DNA of 64,000 nucleotides. Origin: Nitrospinales bacterium. Its GTDB lineage: Bacteria > Nitrospinota > Nitrospinia > Nitrospinales > VA-1. Of the stretch, positions 43,526 to 54,676 are shown piece after piece; the stretch's first letter is position 1; each line of letters begins with the position of its first letter. The stretch covers positions 2,706,236 to 2,770,235 of the forward strand of contig OZ252246.1 of the NCBI GenBank assembly GCA_965249625.1, written 5' to 3'. The notes beneath the pieces were generated by a model, which ran no database searches, had not been told where the DNA came from, and was given only the letters and a program-made list of their open reading frames with translations. Position numbers and translations under genes: made by a program.

Positions 43526-46500
43526 TTGAAATTTGAAGATGTATTGGGAACCCAGGTTCTTTTTCTGGATGGCGCCATGGGCACCATGGTCCAGAACCTG
43601 GAGTTGGAAGATTCTGCTTTTGGCGGTCCCGCGTTTAAAATGCTGACCGATCTGTTGATCTTTTCCCGCCCGGATGATCTGGAAGGCATCCACCTGAAAT
43701 ATTTAGAGGCCGGGGCCAACCTGATCGAGACCGATACCTTCGGCGCTTCTCCTTTCCGTCTGGCCGAATTCGATTTTAAGGATATCGACCTGGCCGATAT
43801 CAAGGCTATCCCGCAAGCACTCGATTTAAAAAAATCCGATTATGATGCGATCACTCACCATTTGAATGTTGAGGGTTGCCGCATCGCCAGAAAGGCGATC
43901 AACCGCTATAAAGCTTCGCCGGATTATGACGACCGGCCCTTGTTTGTTGCCGGTTCCATCGGGCCTTCCAACTATGTTCTTTCCAAGACCGAAGCCGATC
44001 TCAAAAAAGCGACCTGGCCGCAGATTGTTGATAACAACAAAAAGCAGGTGTTGAGTTTGATCGAAGGTGGTGCCGATGTACTTTTGTTTGAAACGCAGCA
44101 GGACATTCTGGAGCTAAAAGCTTCACTGGTCGGTGCCCGCGAGGCATTCAAGGAAACCGGAAAAAAAGTCCCTATTATCGCCCAGGTCACAGTGGACGGG
44201 TTTTCCAAAATGCAGATTTTCAATACCGATATTCATGCGGCCTATGTGGCGGTGCAGGGCATGGGGATTTCCGCCTTTGGCATCAACTGTAATACCGGCC
44301 CGGAGCTGATGGAAAAAACGGTGGAAAAACTAAGCCAGTTTTGCCATCACCCGATATCCATCGTGCCCAATGCCGGGCAACCCGTCTCCGAAGACGGCAA
44401 AACCTGTTACAAGCTTCAGCCTGAAGAGATGACAGATTATGTCGAACGGTTTGTGAAAGATTCTGGAGTCGCCATTATCGGCGGTTGTTGCGGAACCACG
44501 CCGGACCATATTCGCGCCTTGTCGAACCGTTTGAAAGGCGTAGTCCCCAATAGAAAAAAAATAGAGAAGCAGGTTTATGTCTCCGGCCCGCAGGAGGCGG
44601 TGGTTCTCGACAGTTCTGGAGCATTGCTCCGCATTGGTGAAAGGCTGAACGTCAGGGGCAGTAAAAAGGTTCGCGAAGCGGTGGAGCGCGACGATGGTAT
44701 CCAGATGTCGACGCTGGAAGAGGTGGTCGAAGAGCAGGTCAAGGATTTGGGAATCGAAATCATCGATGTTTGTATGGACAGCAACATCGTTGAAACCGAA
44801 GCGGCATTGATCAAAACCATTTATGAGCTGACCAGCGATTTCAAGGGTGTCATGTGCATCGACTCGTTTTCGGTTGAGGCGCTCAAGATGGCCATCGAAG
44901 TTTATCCGGGCAGGCCGATCATCAACTCCATCAGTCTTGAAGAATATGAGGCTGGGGTGAGCAAGCTTGATGCCGTGTTGTCTCAAACGGCGGAACATAA
45001 TCCGGTCTACATCGCTTTGGTGAACGGACCGGAGGGACCGGGCCAGACCGCTGACGAAAAATATGAGTTGGCTGCAGAAATTGTGAAACAGGCAGGGGAA
45101 AAATTTAATGTTCTGCCCGACCAGATTATTATTGATGTCAATGCTTATCCCATTGGCTCGGAGTCCGTCGAGGGTCTCAACTTTTGCGCGGAGACTTTAA
45201 AATGTCTGCCGCGTATCAAAGCCATTCACCCGGATCTTAAAACCAGTATGGGTGTGGGCAACCTGACCAACGGGCTTGCCGCAAAGCCCTATATGCGCAA
45301 AGTGCTGACCAGTGTGTTTCTCGATGAGGCTGGAAAGGCCGGGTTGGACTGTGCCATTTTGAATCCGCATCATTACGTGCCACTTGAAAGCCTGCCGGAA
45401 AGTGATGTGGTTCTGGCCCGAAAGGTTATTCTCGGTCACGACATGACCTCCTTTGAAGAATTGGAGGAGATTGCGTTGACCAAGAAAACAGGAGTCCAGG
45501 CCAAAAAGGTTGTGTACGAAGACCTTCCTCTGGAAGAAAGTATTTGCCAGCGCATCAAGGACGGGTTCAAGCAAAAGCAGGAAGGAAACATTGAAAAAGC
45601 GGGCGGGATTTTCCCCTATCAAGACCGCATTGTGGAAGACGTTGCCAAAGCCATCGAAACCCACGCACCTTTGGAATTTATAAGCGACCATCTCATGATT
45701 GCCATGCGTGAATTGGGCGATGCTTTTGGTCGTGGGGAAGTGAGCCTGCCGCATCTTTTAAAGAGTGCCGATGTCATGCGCCATGTGATGCAGTTTCTCG
45801 AAAGTTTCATGCGTTTTCAAAGTGGTATCGAGCCCGGTGCCGAGATTGACTATAAAGGGGTGGTGGTGATTGGCACGGTCTATCAGGATGTGCACAGCAT
45901 CGGTAAAGACCTGGCGAAAACCTTGCTTGAAAATTATGGTTACCGGGTGATTGACCTGGGCGTGCAGGTTCCGCTGGACCGGTTCATCGACACGGCCAGG
46001 CAGGAAAATGCCGATGCCATCGGACTGAGCGCATTACTGGTGCAAACCTCCAACCATATGATAACGATCAGCCGAATGTTGCTCGACCAGAAATATTCCA
46101 TTCCCATTCTCATTGGCGGGGCTCCGGTTAGCTCCCGGCACGCCGGGTATGTGGCCATGCATGGCGGAGATGATGTGCAAGCGATTCTGGATAATATTTT
46201 TTATTGCGGCAGTGGAATGGATGGTGTCAACACCATGGGACTTCTCATGGACAAAAATCAGCGTTCCGGTCTGCTGAAAGAAAATAAGGAAAAGTTGTTG
46301 CGTGAATATCAAAAGGCAAAAGGAATTCGGGAAGAGAAAGACAGACTATTGCAGACCCTGCCCAGAAGAAAAGTCAATTTCAGGCATCATGAAAGTCCTT
46401 CAGACGGATACGGAATTCACAAGGTCGAGTTCAAACTGCATAAGCTTGCAGGAAATATGGATCGCAAAAGTTTGTATTCGCTGAATTGGAAGTTCGGTAA

Positions 46501-47143
46501 AAAATCAAGCTGGATCCATAAGGGAGTGACCCTGCAACAACTTCAGGCTTTGGAAAAAACCTGGATAGAAAAAGCCGAGCAGAGAGGGTGGGTCGTTCCT
46601 AAAGCCCGGTTTGCACTATTCCCGGCGCAATCGGATGGCGATGAAGTCATTATTTATGATCCGAAAAACCGGGAGAAAGAATTGGCCCGGCTCCGATTCG
46701 ATGTCTGCATTGGCAGGGGAAGAAAAGATATCTTTTCGGTGGGGCAGTATTTTTATAGCAAAGCTTCTGGACAGTGGGATGTGATTGGATTGCAGATATC
46801 GACCGCAGGCGACAAGGTTGAAGCGGGCGTCGAAGAGTTCAAGGCGCAGAATGACAGCGAATCGGCGTTATACCTTCAGGGTTTGAGCGATCGGGTGGCT
46901 GAAGACCTGGCCGAATACATCCATCAATTGCTGCGTCAGCGGGTTGGGGTGAACAAAGACAACCGGGGCCAGCGCTACAGTCCGGGTTACCCGGCCATCA
47001 CCGACCTGACTTACAATCGTGTTATCTGGGAACTTCTGGGTGCCGAGGATATTGGTGTGACCCTGACCTCGGCGAACGAGTTTTACCCGCCCAGTACCAC
47101 TGCCGCAGTGATCTGTTTTCACAAAGATGCTGGATACAGTTGA
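43526..47143 (+). CDS. metH: cobalamin-dependent methionine synthase
   Basis: 1205 aa. Hcy-binding, pterin-binding, B12-binding (DVHSIG = DxHxxG) and AdoMet-activation modules appear in order. TTG start. Confidence 0.95.
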   Translation: MKFEDVLGTQVLFLDGAMGTMVQNLELEDSAFGGPAFKMLTDLLIFSRPDDLEGIHLKYLEAGANLIETDTFGASPFRLAEFDFKDIDLADIKAIPQALDLKKSDYDAITHHLNVEGCRIARKAINRYKASPDYDDRPLFVAGSIGPSNYVLSKTEADLKKATWPQIVDNNKKQVLSLIEGGADVLLFETQQDILELKASLVGAREAFKETGKKVPIIAQVTVDGFSKMQIFNTDIHAAYVAVQGMGISAFGINCNTGPELMEKTVEKLSQFCHHPISIVPNAGQPVSEDGKTCYKLQPEEMTDYVERFVKDSGVAIIGGCCGTTPDHIRALSNRLKGVVPNRKKIEKQVYVSGPQEAVVLDSSGALLRIGERLNVRGSKKVREAVERDDGIQMSTLEEVVEEQVKDLGIEIIDVCMDSNIVETEAALIKTIYELTSDFKGVMCIDSFSVEALKMAIEVYPGRPIINSISLEEYEAGVSKLDAVLSQTAEHNPVYIALVNGPEGPGQTADEKYELAAEIVKQAGEKFNVLPDQIIIDVNAYPIGSESVEGLNFCAETLKCLPRIKAIHPDLKTSMGVGNLTNGLAAKPYMRKVLTSVFLDEAGKAGLDCAILNPHHYVPLESLPESDVVLARKVILGHDMTSFEELEEIALTKKTGVQAKKVVYEDLPLEESICQRIKDGFKQKQEGNIEKAGGIFPYQDRIVEDVAKAIETHAPLEFISDHLMIAMRELGDAFGRGEVSLPHLLKSADVMRHVMQFLESFMRFQSGIEPGAEIDYKGVVVIGTVYQDVHSIGKDLAKTLLENYGYRVIDLGVQVPLDRFIDTARQENADAIGLSALLVQTSNHMITISRMLLDQKYSIPILIGGAPVSSRHAGYVAMHGGDDVQAILDNIFYCGSGMDGVNTMGLLMDKNQRSGLLKENKEKLLREYQKAKGIREEKDRLLQTLPRRKVNFRHHESPSDGYGIHKVEFKLHKLAGNMDRKSLYSLNWKFGKKSSWIHKGVTLQQLQALEKTWIEKAEQRGWVVPKARFALFPAQSDGDEVIIYDPKNREKELARLRFDVCIGRGRKDIFSVGQYFYSKASGQWDVIGLQISTAGDKVEAGVEEFKAQNDSESALYLQGLSDRVAEDLAEYIHQLLRQRVGVNKDNRGQRYSPGYPAITDLTYNRVIWELLGAEDIGVTLTSANEFYPPSTTAAVICFHKDAGYS

Positions 47144-47188
47144 CCCCCACTCGCCGCGGGGGCAAATAGCACCCACTCCCGTGGGAGG

Positions 47189-47430
47189 GAGACCTTTGCG
47201 TAAGTCGAAAAAAACAGAAAAGCGAGATTCTTCACTGCGTTCAGAATGACAGACAACGAGATTACCCCTTCGGGGCATGAAGTTTAAGGAAGAGGATATC
47301 ACATACCCCTTCGGGGCACGAAGGTTAAGGAAAAATATCACGTCTTCGCTGCGTTCAGAATGACAATACAAGGCTATTTGTCATTCTGAGGAACAAGGTG
47401 ACGAAGAATCCGGGGTTATGCAAAGCTCTC
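47189..47430. mobile_element. MITE copy (242-bp composite) with 9-bp TSD CGTGGGAGG
   Basis: GAGACCTTTGCGTAA...TTATGCAAAGCTCTC. Identical CGTGGGAGG at 47180-47188 and 47431-47439. An internal block of CCCCTTCGGGG hairpins lies between two GCGTTCAGAATGACA segments. Confidence 0.85.
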
Positions 47431-47868
47431 CGTGGGAGGGCGTGATATTTTTCCTAAGTTTTCCACCCGTTCCGGGCATGAAAACAAACGAAGAGGACAT
47501 CACACGTACCCCCCGCAGGGGTAAAAAAAGCTCTTGCCATTTTCCACCCGGCGTGGCCCGGCATTTTTGCTCAAACCTTTGCTCAAACCAAGGTTTCAAG
47601 CCCTTTCAATTTTTAGCCAATAAGAAAACACTCGCCGGATCGGGATTTGCTGGTTTGGCGGGTTGCGGAATGATAAGGTAAACCCATGAAATGTAAGGTC
47701 TTGGCCGATAGAAGCTGGGAGGGAATAAAACCTTTGTATAATTGACATCATTTGTTAGAATTAACGAGAGCATTTACCCAAATAGAACAGAGATGTTGCC
47801 TGTCAGTTTTTACCCCTGCAGGCCTCTTTTCAGATTATAAATCCGCTATTTTTGAGGCAAGTTGAATC

Positions 47869-50298
47869 ATGTTTAAGCGATTCACAGAGAGGGCGCGAAG
47901 AGTCATCATCCTTGCTCGCGAGGAAGCTGAGCTTTACCGCCATGAATATCTAGGAACAGAACATATTTTGCAGGGTGTTATTAAAGATGGCGGGGGTATT
48001 GCTGTTGCCATCGTTCAAAAAAGCGGAGTGGATCTGGTTCAGTTGAAAAAGGAACTGGAGAAAAACCTGCCCCGCAGTTCAAACTCCCTGATCATTGGGG
48101 ACATCCCCTTCACCTCCCGTGCCAAGAAAGTTTTGGAATTCGCGGTGGAGGAGGCGCGAGCCCTGAATCATAACTATATCGGCACCGAGCATCTTCTTCT
48201 GGGACTTTTGAAGGAAAAAGAAGGCGTTGCTTGCCGGGTACTGAATAGTTTCGGCATGTTCTTTGATGATGTCCGGGAAAAAATTGTGGAAATGTTCAAA
48301 GAACCCACCGAGAGCAGCCGCGAAGTGGGCAAAACCCCGACGCTGGATGAATTCAGCCGTGACTTGACGAAGATGGCAATAGACGGGAAGTTGGATCCGA
48401 TCATTGGCCGAGCCAAGGAGATCGAACGGGTGATTCAGATTCTCAGCCGTCGCACCAAAAACAATCCGGTATTGATTGGCGAACCCGGTGTCGGTAAAAC
48501 CGCAATCGTCGAAGGTCTGGCCCAGCTTATTGTGGAACGGGAAGTGCCGGATACGCTTTTTGAGAAACGCGTGGTCTCTCTGGATTTGGGTTCCCTGATT
48601 GCGGGCACCAAGTATCGCGGTCAGTTTGAAGCTCGCCTCAAAGGCATCATGAAAGAAATCATCCAGAATGACAGCGTTATTTTGTTTGTTGACGAGTTGC
48701 ATACTCTGGTAGGAGCGGGAGCCGCCGAGGGTTCGGTGGATGCTTCCAATATGCTCAAGCCGGCTCTTTCCCGTGGTGAGATCCAGTGCATCGGTGCCAC
48801 CACTCTGGAAGAGTATCGTAAATACATTGAGAAGAACGGCGCGTTGGAAAGACGTTTTCAGCCCATCATTGTGAATCCGCCAACAGTGGAAGAAACAATT
48901 GAGATCATCAAGGGGCTGAGGGTTCCGTATGAACTGCACCACAGAGCAAAAATCTCCGATGAAGCGATTGTCACTGCGGTCCGGTTTGCCGAGCGGTACA
49001 TCAGCGACCGGTTCCTCCCTGATAAAGCTATTGATGTGATCGATGAGGCGGGGTCCCGGGTGCGTCTGCGTGAGATCACCCAATCTCCCGAGATGAAAAA
49101 AATTCAGCGCGATATAGATGTTGTCATTCGCGACAAGAAAATCTGCATCGAAAATCAGGAATTTGAAAAGGCTGTTGAGTTGCGCGATAAGGAAGAAGAG
49201 TTACGCGATAAGCTGGATGCGGTGAAGGCAGACTGGGATAAAGGCCGCGATACCAGTGAACCCAGTATTACAGAAGATGATATCGCCGATGTTGTTTCCA
49301 GCATGACCGGAATACCGCTCTCTAGAATTGAGGAGAAAGAAAGTGCCCGCCTGATGAATATGGAAAAAGAACTGGCTGGTAAAGTGGTTGGGCAGGGTGA
49401 GGCCATCAAAGTTTTGACTAAGGCGATTCGCCGGTCCCGCTCAGGCTTGAAAGATATGAAAAGGCCGATTGGCACTTTTCTTTTTCTTGGCCCTACCGGT
49501 GTTGGTAAAACCGAGCTGGCAAAAGTTCTGGCCGAATTTCTGTTTGGCAATGAGGACGCGCTCATCCGGTTGGATATGTCGGAGTATATGGAAAAATTCA
49601 ACGTGTCCCGTTTGACAGGAGCACCTCCAGGATATGTCGGCTATGAGGAAGGCGGCCAGTTGACAGAAAAGGTACGCCGTAAACCTTATTCGGTGGTCCT
49701 CTTTGACGAGATCGAAAAAGCCAATCCGGATATCTACCATCTCCTGCTGCAGATCATGGACGATGGTCGATTGACCGATAGCTATGGTCGGGTGGTGGAT
49801 TTCAAGAATACAGTTGTGATTCTTACCTCCAATATCAGTTCCCGGATGCTGGAAAAGGGAACCAGTCTTGGATTTCACAAGGATGACGATGAACTGAACT
49901 ACGACAAGATGCAAAAGGAATTGAAGCAGGACTTGAAAAAGACCTTCAATCCTGAGTTTCTCAACCGGTTGAGTGAGACGGTGGTCTTCCGTCCCTTGGA
50001 ATTGGAAAATATTGTCGAGATTCTCGATGTTCAGTTGAATATTCTCAACGAGCAATTGATTCAGCAGGGATTGACCATTGATGTGACTCCTGATGCGAAA
50101 AAATGGCTGGCTAAAAAGGGCTTCGATGCTAATTTCGGTGCTCGGCCCTTGAAACGAGCAATTCAAAAACATTTGGAAGATGTCTTGTCCGACGAAATGC
50201 TCAAAGGTCGATTCAAAAACGATGGGTTCATTGAGGTTAGCTTGCAGGATGACGCCCTGGTGTTTGTTGAGAAGTCCGAGGCTCTCAATGTTGGCTGA
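47869..50298 (+). CDS. clpC: ClpC-type AAA+ chaperone (Clp ATPase with N-domain repeats and UVR motif)
   Basis: Two Clp_N repeats, Walker A GEPGVGKT and GPTGVGKT, and a middle UVR-like [18 protein letters not shown]. Confidence 0.9.
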   Translation: MFKRFTERARRVIILAREEAELYRHEYLGTEHILQGVIKDGGGIAVAIVQKSGVDLVQLKKELEKNLPRSSNSLIIGDIPFTSRAKKVLEFAVEEARALNHNYIGTEHLLLGLLKEKEGVACRVLNSFGMFFDDVREKIVEMFKEPTESSREVGKTPTLDEFSRDLTKMAIDGKLDPIIGRAKEIERVIQILSRRTKNNPVLIGEPGVGKTAIVEGLAQLIVEREVPDTLFEKRVVSLDLGSLIAGTKYRGQFEARLKGIMKEIIQNDSVILFVDELHTLVGAGAAEGSVDASNMLKPALSRGEIQCIGATTLEEYRKYIEKNGALERRFQPIIVNPPTVEETIEIIKGLRVPYELHHRAKISDEAIVTAVRFAERYISDRFLPDKAIDVIDEAGSRVRLREITQSPEMKKIQRDIDVVIRDKKICIENQEFEKAVELRDKEEELRDKLDAVKADWDKGRDTSEPSITEDDIADVVSSMTGIPLSRIEEKESARLMNMEKELAGKVVGQGEAIKVLTKAIRRSRSGLKDMKRPIGTFLFLGPTGVGKTELAKVLAEFLFGNEDALIRLDMSEYMEKFNVSRLTGAPPGYVGYEEGGQLTEKVRRKPYSVVLFDEIEKANPDIYHLLLQIMDDGRLTDSYGRVVDFKNTVVILTSNISSRMLEKGTSLGFHKDDDELNYDKMQKELKQDLKKTFNPEFLNRLSETVVFRPLELENIVEILDVQLNILNEQLIQQGLTIDVTPDAKKWLAKKGFDANFGARPLKRAIQKHLEDVLSDEMLKGRFKNDGFIEVSLQDDALVFVEKSEALNVG

Positions 50299-50459
50299 TG
50301 GATTTTTCTTTGCTTAAACGGAAGCAAAACAACAAAAAATATTTAAGGTATTAAGTTTAAGTAGGTTGTACTGCTGAAGCTTAATACTTTTTTTTGCCTG
50401 GAAATGCAGGCGGGGTTTTACCTCTGATAACTCGAAAAAATTTAGATAGTTCTGGCCGA

Positions 50460-52724
50460 ATGTTGAAAAAAAACCACATTTTTTTTGCGGCCCTGATTGG
50501 TTTTACTCTTCTTATCTCGGCCCCCTTTGTGTCTGCTCAAGAAGGTGAAAACATCCAGTCCGTGAAGGTGCAAGGGAACAAGCGGATTGACGAGTCAACG
50601 ATCCTCTATTACATCAAATCCAAGCCCGGCACCGTTCTCTCCAAAAAACAAATCCGTGAGGATATCGAGCAAATATACAGCCTGGGGCAATTCAAGGACA
50701 TCCGTGTTGAAACGCGAGAGACCCTGAAGGGGCTGGAGGTTGAATTTTTTGTCGAAGAGATTCCTTCAATTGGGGATGTTGAAATCGTGGGTACTGACAA
50801 GGTTGACGCGAATGACATCCGGGAAAAAATTGGGCTCAAGCGGGGAGCGACTTTTAGTGATCACCTGGTTCTGGAAAACAGTGAGGAAATCCTCAAGCTT
50901 TATCGTGAGAAAGGATACTTTTTTGCCCAAGTAAATATCGATACCCAGTCCGGTCAGGAAAACCTGGTTAACGTTACCATCAGGATCAAGGAAGGAGAAA
51001 AGGTGAAAATTGAAAAGATCCGTTTTTCAGGAAACAGATCCTTTCCGGATAAAGAACTCCGTGAACAGATGGAAACCCGGGAAAGGACCTGGTATTCCTT
51101 TCTGGATGATTCAGGAGTGTACCAAAAAGATATCTTGAAGCTGGATATGTTCCGGGTAGAAGGTTTTTACCACGATCACGGTTTTCTCAGGATCAAAGTA
51201 TTGGAGCCTCGTATAGAGATCAACAAAAAATCCAGGGAAGTTCATATTGCTATCCCGGTTGAGGAAGGCCCGCAGTTTCGCGTGAAGACTTTGGACTTGA
51301 GTGGTGATGGTTCGGTTTCTCCGGATAAAATTCAAAAAAGCATTCGGACGAAGGTTGGCGACGTCTACAATGTGTCCCAGCTTCGTCAGGATATTTTAAC
51401 GATCACTGATTTGTACTCCCAAAAAGGTTATGCCTATGCTGACGCGAACCCGATATCCAAGTTAAACGATGAAGATCGCACCGTTGATTTGTCCATTGAA
51501 GTCGATAAAGGCAAAAAGGTTTATGTTGGCAATATTGAAATTCTGGGAAATATTAAAACCCGGGACAATGTTATCCGCCGTGAATTCCGGCTGAAGGAAG
51601 GGGAGTTGTTTGACGGTTCCAAATTGAAGCGGAGTAAACAACGGCTCAACAACCTCAACTTTTTTGAAGATATCAAGATTGATACCCATAGGGGCCAGGA
51701 TCCTGACCTCATTGATATCCTCACGACAGTGACGGAAAGGCCGACCGGGTCGTTTTCGGTAGGTGCTGGTTTCAGCTCGGTCGAGAATTTGATTTTTACT
51801 ACCTCCATCACCCAGAACAACCTGCTCGGAAATGGTCAGAGGTTGAACTTGACTGCCCAGTTGTCCTCTATCCGTTCAGATTTTAGTTTAAGCTTTACTG
51901 AGCCACGTTTGTTTGATTCCGAAATATTATTGGGAGTCGATGTGTTTAATGAGGATCAGGATTTTCTCAGCTTCGATTCCCAATCAATCGGAGGCGGTAT
52001 TCGCCTGGGTAAAAATATTTCTGAGTATGATGCAGTTAACCTCAGATACCGATTTGAGAATGTAGAGGTGACGGGGCTGGCTGATGAAACGGAATTTTTT
52101 AAGAATGAGACCCGCGTGACCAGCAGAATTGCTCCCACCTATGTTCATGATTCGCGGGATAATTTTTTAAATCCTTCCAGGGGATGGAGGCATGTGGTAG
52201 GACTTGAACTCGCTGGTCTGGGAGGTGCTAAATTCACCAAATCCTCTTATGAAGTGACGTACTACCACCCCCTTTTTGGAAAGCTTGTTGGTGCGGCGCA
52301 TGCCCGGATTAATTACGCGGCGGGGTATGGTGGAGAAAAACTTCCGGGTTTTGAAAGGTACTTCATGGGAGGGCCGACTTCCCTCAGAGGCTTTACGATT
52401 GAAGATGTCGGGCCAAAAGATAGTGATGACAAGCCAGTAGGGGGTGAACAGGCACTTCTTTTGAATTTGGAATTGCAGTACCCCTTTACCAAATCTTTTC
52501 GCGGGTTTGTGTTTTATGACCGTGGTAATGTTTATGGCAGTGGTTCTGACACCAGTAATACATCCGATAATTTTGACTTGGGAAAAATGCGTAGCAGCAT
52601 AGGTGCTGGTATTCGTTTTATCAGTCCTTTTGGCCCACTGGGTTTTGCTTATGGCATCAAGCTGGACAAGGAAACTGACGAAGAGGCGGCAGAATTTCAT
52701 TTCTCAGCGGGAAGCGCATTTTAA
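50460..52724 (+). CDS. bamA: outer membrane protein assembly factor BamA
   Basis: ATG 50460 gives the signal peptide MLKKNHIFFAALIGFTLLISAPFVSAQEG. POTRA repeats and a C-terminal beta-barrel ending FHFSAGSAF. Confidence 0.92.
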   Translation: MLKKNHIFFAALIGFTLLISAPFVSAQEGENIQSVKVQGNKRIDESTILYYIKSKPGTVLSKKQIREDIEQIYSLGQFKDIRVETRETLKGLEVEFFVEEIPSIGDVEIVGTDKVDANDIREKIGLKRGATFSDHLVLENSEEILKLYREKGYFFAQVNIDTQSGQENLVNVTIRIKEGEKVKIEKIRFSGNRSFPDKELREQMETRERTWYSFLDDSGVYQKDILKLDMFRVEGFYHDHGFLRIKVLEPRIEINKKSREVHIAIPVEEGPQFRVKTLDLSGDGSVSPDKIQKSIRTKVGDVYNVSQLRQDILTITDLYSQKGYAYADANPISKLNDEDRTVDLSIEVDKGKKVYVGNIEILGNIKTRDNVIRREFRLKEGELFDGSKLKRSKQRLNNLNFFEDIKIDTHRGQDPDLIDILTTVTERPTGSFSVGAGFSSVENLIFTTSITQNNLLGNGQRLNLTAQLSSIRSDFSLSFTEPRLFDSEILLGVDVFNEDQDFLSFDSQSIGGGIRLGKNISEYDAVNLRYRFENVEVTGLADETEFFKNETRVTSRIAPTYVHDSRDNFLNPSRGWRHVVGLELAGLGGAKFTKSSYEVTYYHPLFGKLVGAAHARINYAAGYGGEKLPGFERYFMGGPTSLRGFTIEDVGPKDSDDKPVGGEQALLLNLELQYPFTKSFRGFVFYDRGNVYGSGSDTSNTSDNFDLGKMRSSIGAGIRFISPFGPLGFAYGIKLDKETDEEAAEFHFSAGSAF

Positions 52725-52745
52725 ATTTTAAAAAGGATCAGATTT

Positions 52746-53288
52746 ATGCGATTAACAATTTTTCGGAAGTTCAGAATCATCTGCCCACTACTCATTTTGG
52801 GTTTTTTAATTTGCGGACCTTTTGCAGTTTCGTCTTTTGCTGCGGATAGCCGGATAGGGTTTTTGAATATTCAAAAAGCGGTTTCCAGTACCAAGGAGTG
52901 GAAAACCAAGTTTAAAAAATTTAAAGCGGATTTCACTAAAGAGAAGAAAAGAATCAAGGTTAAGGAACGGAAGATCAAAAAAATGTTGGAGGATTTGAAT
53001 AAACAAAGCTTTGTTCTGGATCCGGAGCTGAAAAAGAAAAAAGAAGATACATTTAGAAAAGAAAAAGTTGCTTTTGAAAGATATGTCCAGGACCAGAACG
53101 CGGAGTTCGGTAAAAAAGAAAAAGAAATGACCCAAAAAATCCTGCTTAAAATGATGGAGATCATAAAGAAAATCGGCAAAGAAAAGAAATATACAATGAT
53201 CCTGGAGCAGAAGGTGGTTCTATATCATGATAAAGGAAACGATTTGACGGGCATTGCGACCCGGGCCTATAACAGGGCTAATAAATAG
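52746..53288 (+). CDS. skp: OmpH/Skp periplasmic chaperone
   Basis: Signal peptide, a Lys/Glu-rich helical body, and the position after bamA. Confidence 0.8.
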   Translation: MRLTIFRKFRIICPLLILGFLICGPFAVSSFAADSRIGFLNIQKAVSSTKEWKTKFKKFKADFTKEKKRIKVKERKIKKMLEDLNKQSFVLDPELKKKKEDTFRKEKVAFERYVQDQNAEFGKKEKEMTQKILLKMMEIIKKIGKEKKYTMILEQKVVLYHDKGNDLTGIATRAYNRANK

Positions 53289-53395
53289 TTTCTGGTTATG
53301 CTCCAGCTAAAATAACCTGCTCGACTCCCGCGCTTGAACTCGCTGAAATTTCCAGAAAAGCCATAGGCATTCAACAGTAAGAATGGGCTCCTGAT

Positions 53396-53827
53396 ATGAT
53401 GGATATTAATGAAATCAAGAAGATCATACCCCATAGATATCCTTTTCTACTGGTTGATAAGATTATCGAATGTGATATGGACTCCCGAATTGTCGGCATC
53501 AAAAATGTGACAATCAATGAACCTTTTTTTCAGGGTCATTTCCCGGAGTTTCCCGTCATGCCCGGTGTGCTGATTATCGAGGCCCTTGCTCAGGTCGCCT
53601 GCATCTTGGGAATTAAAATTATGAACAAGGAGGGCCAGACTTCTGTGTTCTTCACTGGTATTGATAAGGCCAAATTCAGGAAGCCTGTGGTCCCGGGAGA
53701 TCAATTACGGCTGGAGTTGACTAAAATCAAGCAAAGGGGAACGCTTTTCCGGTTCGAAGGCAAAGCCTATGTAGGCGATGCTTTGGCTACTGAATGTACT
53801 ATTCAGGCAATGCTCGGTAAAGACTGA
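53396..53827 (+). CDS. fabZ: 3-hydroxyacyl-ACP dehydratase
   Basis: IPHRYPFLLVDKI, FFQGHFP..PVMPGVL hot-dog motifs. Confidence 0.93.
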   Translation: MMDINEIKKIIPHRYPFLLVDKIIECDMDSRIVGIKNVTINEPFFQGHFPEFPVMPGVLIIEALAQVACILGIKIMNKEGQTSVFFTGIDKAKFRKPVVPGDQLRLELTKIKQRGTLFRFEGKAYVGDALATECTIQAMLGKD

Positions 53828-53905
53828 TATTGTAGGGCGGGCTTCACCATTTTTCATTCGCGTCTTTTCCTGGCCAATCAGTAAGATGGCTTTATCCTTT
53901 AGAAC

Positions 53906-54676
53906 GTGAGCATTCATTCCAGCGCAATCATTCATCCAGATGCCGAATTGGCCCAAGGGGTTGGAGTGGGTCCTTTCACCACCATTGGCCCCAAGGCCCG
54001 GATCCGCGAGGGAACGGTTATAGGCCCCAACGTATTGATTGAAGCGGGGACGATCATTGGCAGGAACTGTAGGATTTTTCATGGTGCCTCGCTGGGCGGA
54101 GAACCTCAGATTCTTAACTTTAAAAACGTTCCGGCCTCACTGGAAATTGGTGATGGAACTGTAGTGCGGGAATATGTCACTGCTCATCGATCGGGTTTCG
54201 AAAATGGTGTTACCCGTGTCGGCAAGGGTTGCCTGCTCATGGCCTATTCACATGTGGGCCATGACTGTGAAATAGGTGACGGGGTGGTGATTGTAAATAG
54301 CACGGCTTTATCCGGTCATGTTACGGTGGAAGACAAAGCGTTTATTTCGGGCTTGGTGGGTATCCATCAGTTTGTCCGAATAGGCAGACATGCTATGGTT
54401 GGGGGAATGGCCCGGGTGAATCAGGATGTACTGCCCTTTTCCACCGTGGAAGGAAATCCGGGCCGGCTTTACAGCACCAACGCAGTGGGACTCAAACGTG
54501 CAAACTTCAAACCGGATGTTCGGGCTGCGATAAAAAAAGCTTTGAAATTCATTGCCCAACCAGAATTAAATACCAGGCAGGCTGTGGAAAAGATCGCAGC
54601 TGAAATTGAAATGTTTGACGAAATCAAGCACTTCATCGACTTTATAAATAATTCCTCCAGAGGAGTGACCAAATAG
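53906..54676 (+). CDS. lpxA: UDP-N-acetylglucosamine O-acyltransferase
   Basis: GTG start. Left-handed beta-helix hexapeptide repeats, MAYSHVGHDC, and a C-terminal helical domain. Confidence 0.9.
   Translation: MSIHSSAIIHPDAELAQGVGVGPFTTIGPKARIREGTVIGPNVLIEAGTIIGRNCRIFHGASLGGEPQILNFKNVPASLEIGDGTVVREYVTAHRSGFENGVTRVGKGCLLMAYSHVGHDCEIGDGVVIVNSTALSGHVTVEDKAFISGLVGIHQFVRIGRHAMVGGMARVNQDVLPFSTVEGNPGRLYSTNAVGLKRANFKPDVRAAIKKALKFIAQPELNTRQAVEKIAAEIEMFDEIKHFIDFINNSSRGVTK

Noticed and set aside
48079-50172. Long antisense ORFs inside clpC (48079-49083, 334 aa; 49441-50172, 243 aa). Similar ones occur in metH (44330-44998, 45197-45754), bamA, uvrC (37632-38300), the SNF transporter (36417-36844, 37073-37561) and trmB (31115-31684)
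   Set aside because: Each is fully nested antisense or out of frame within a gene with strong homology. None has a recognisable domain or translation signals.
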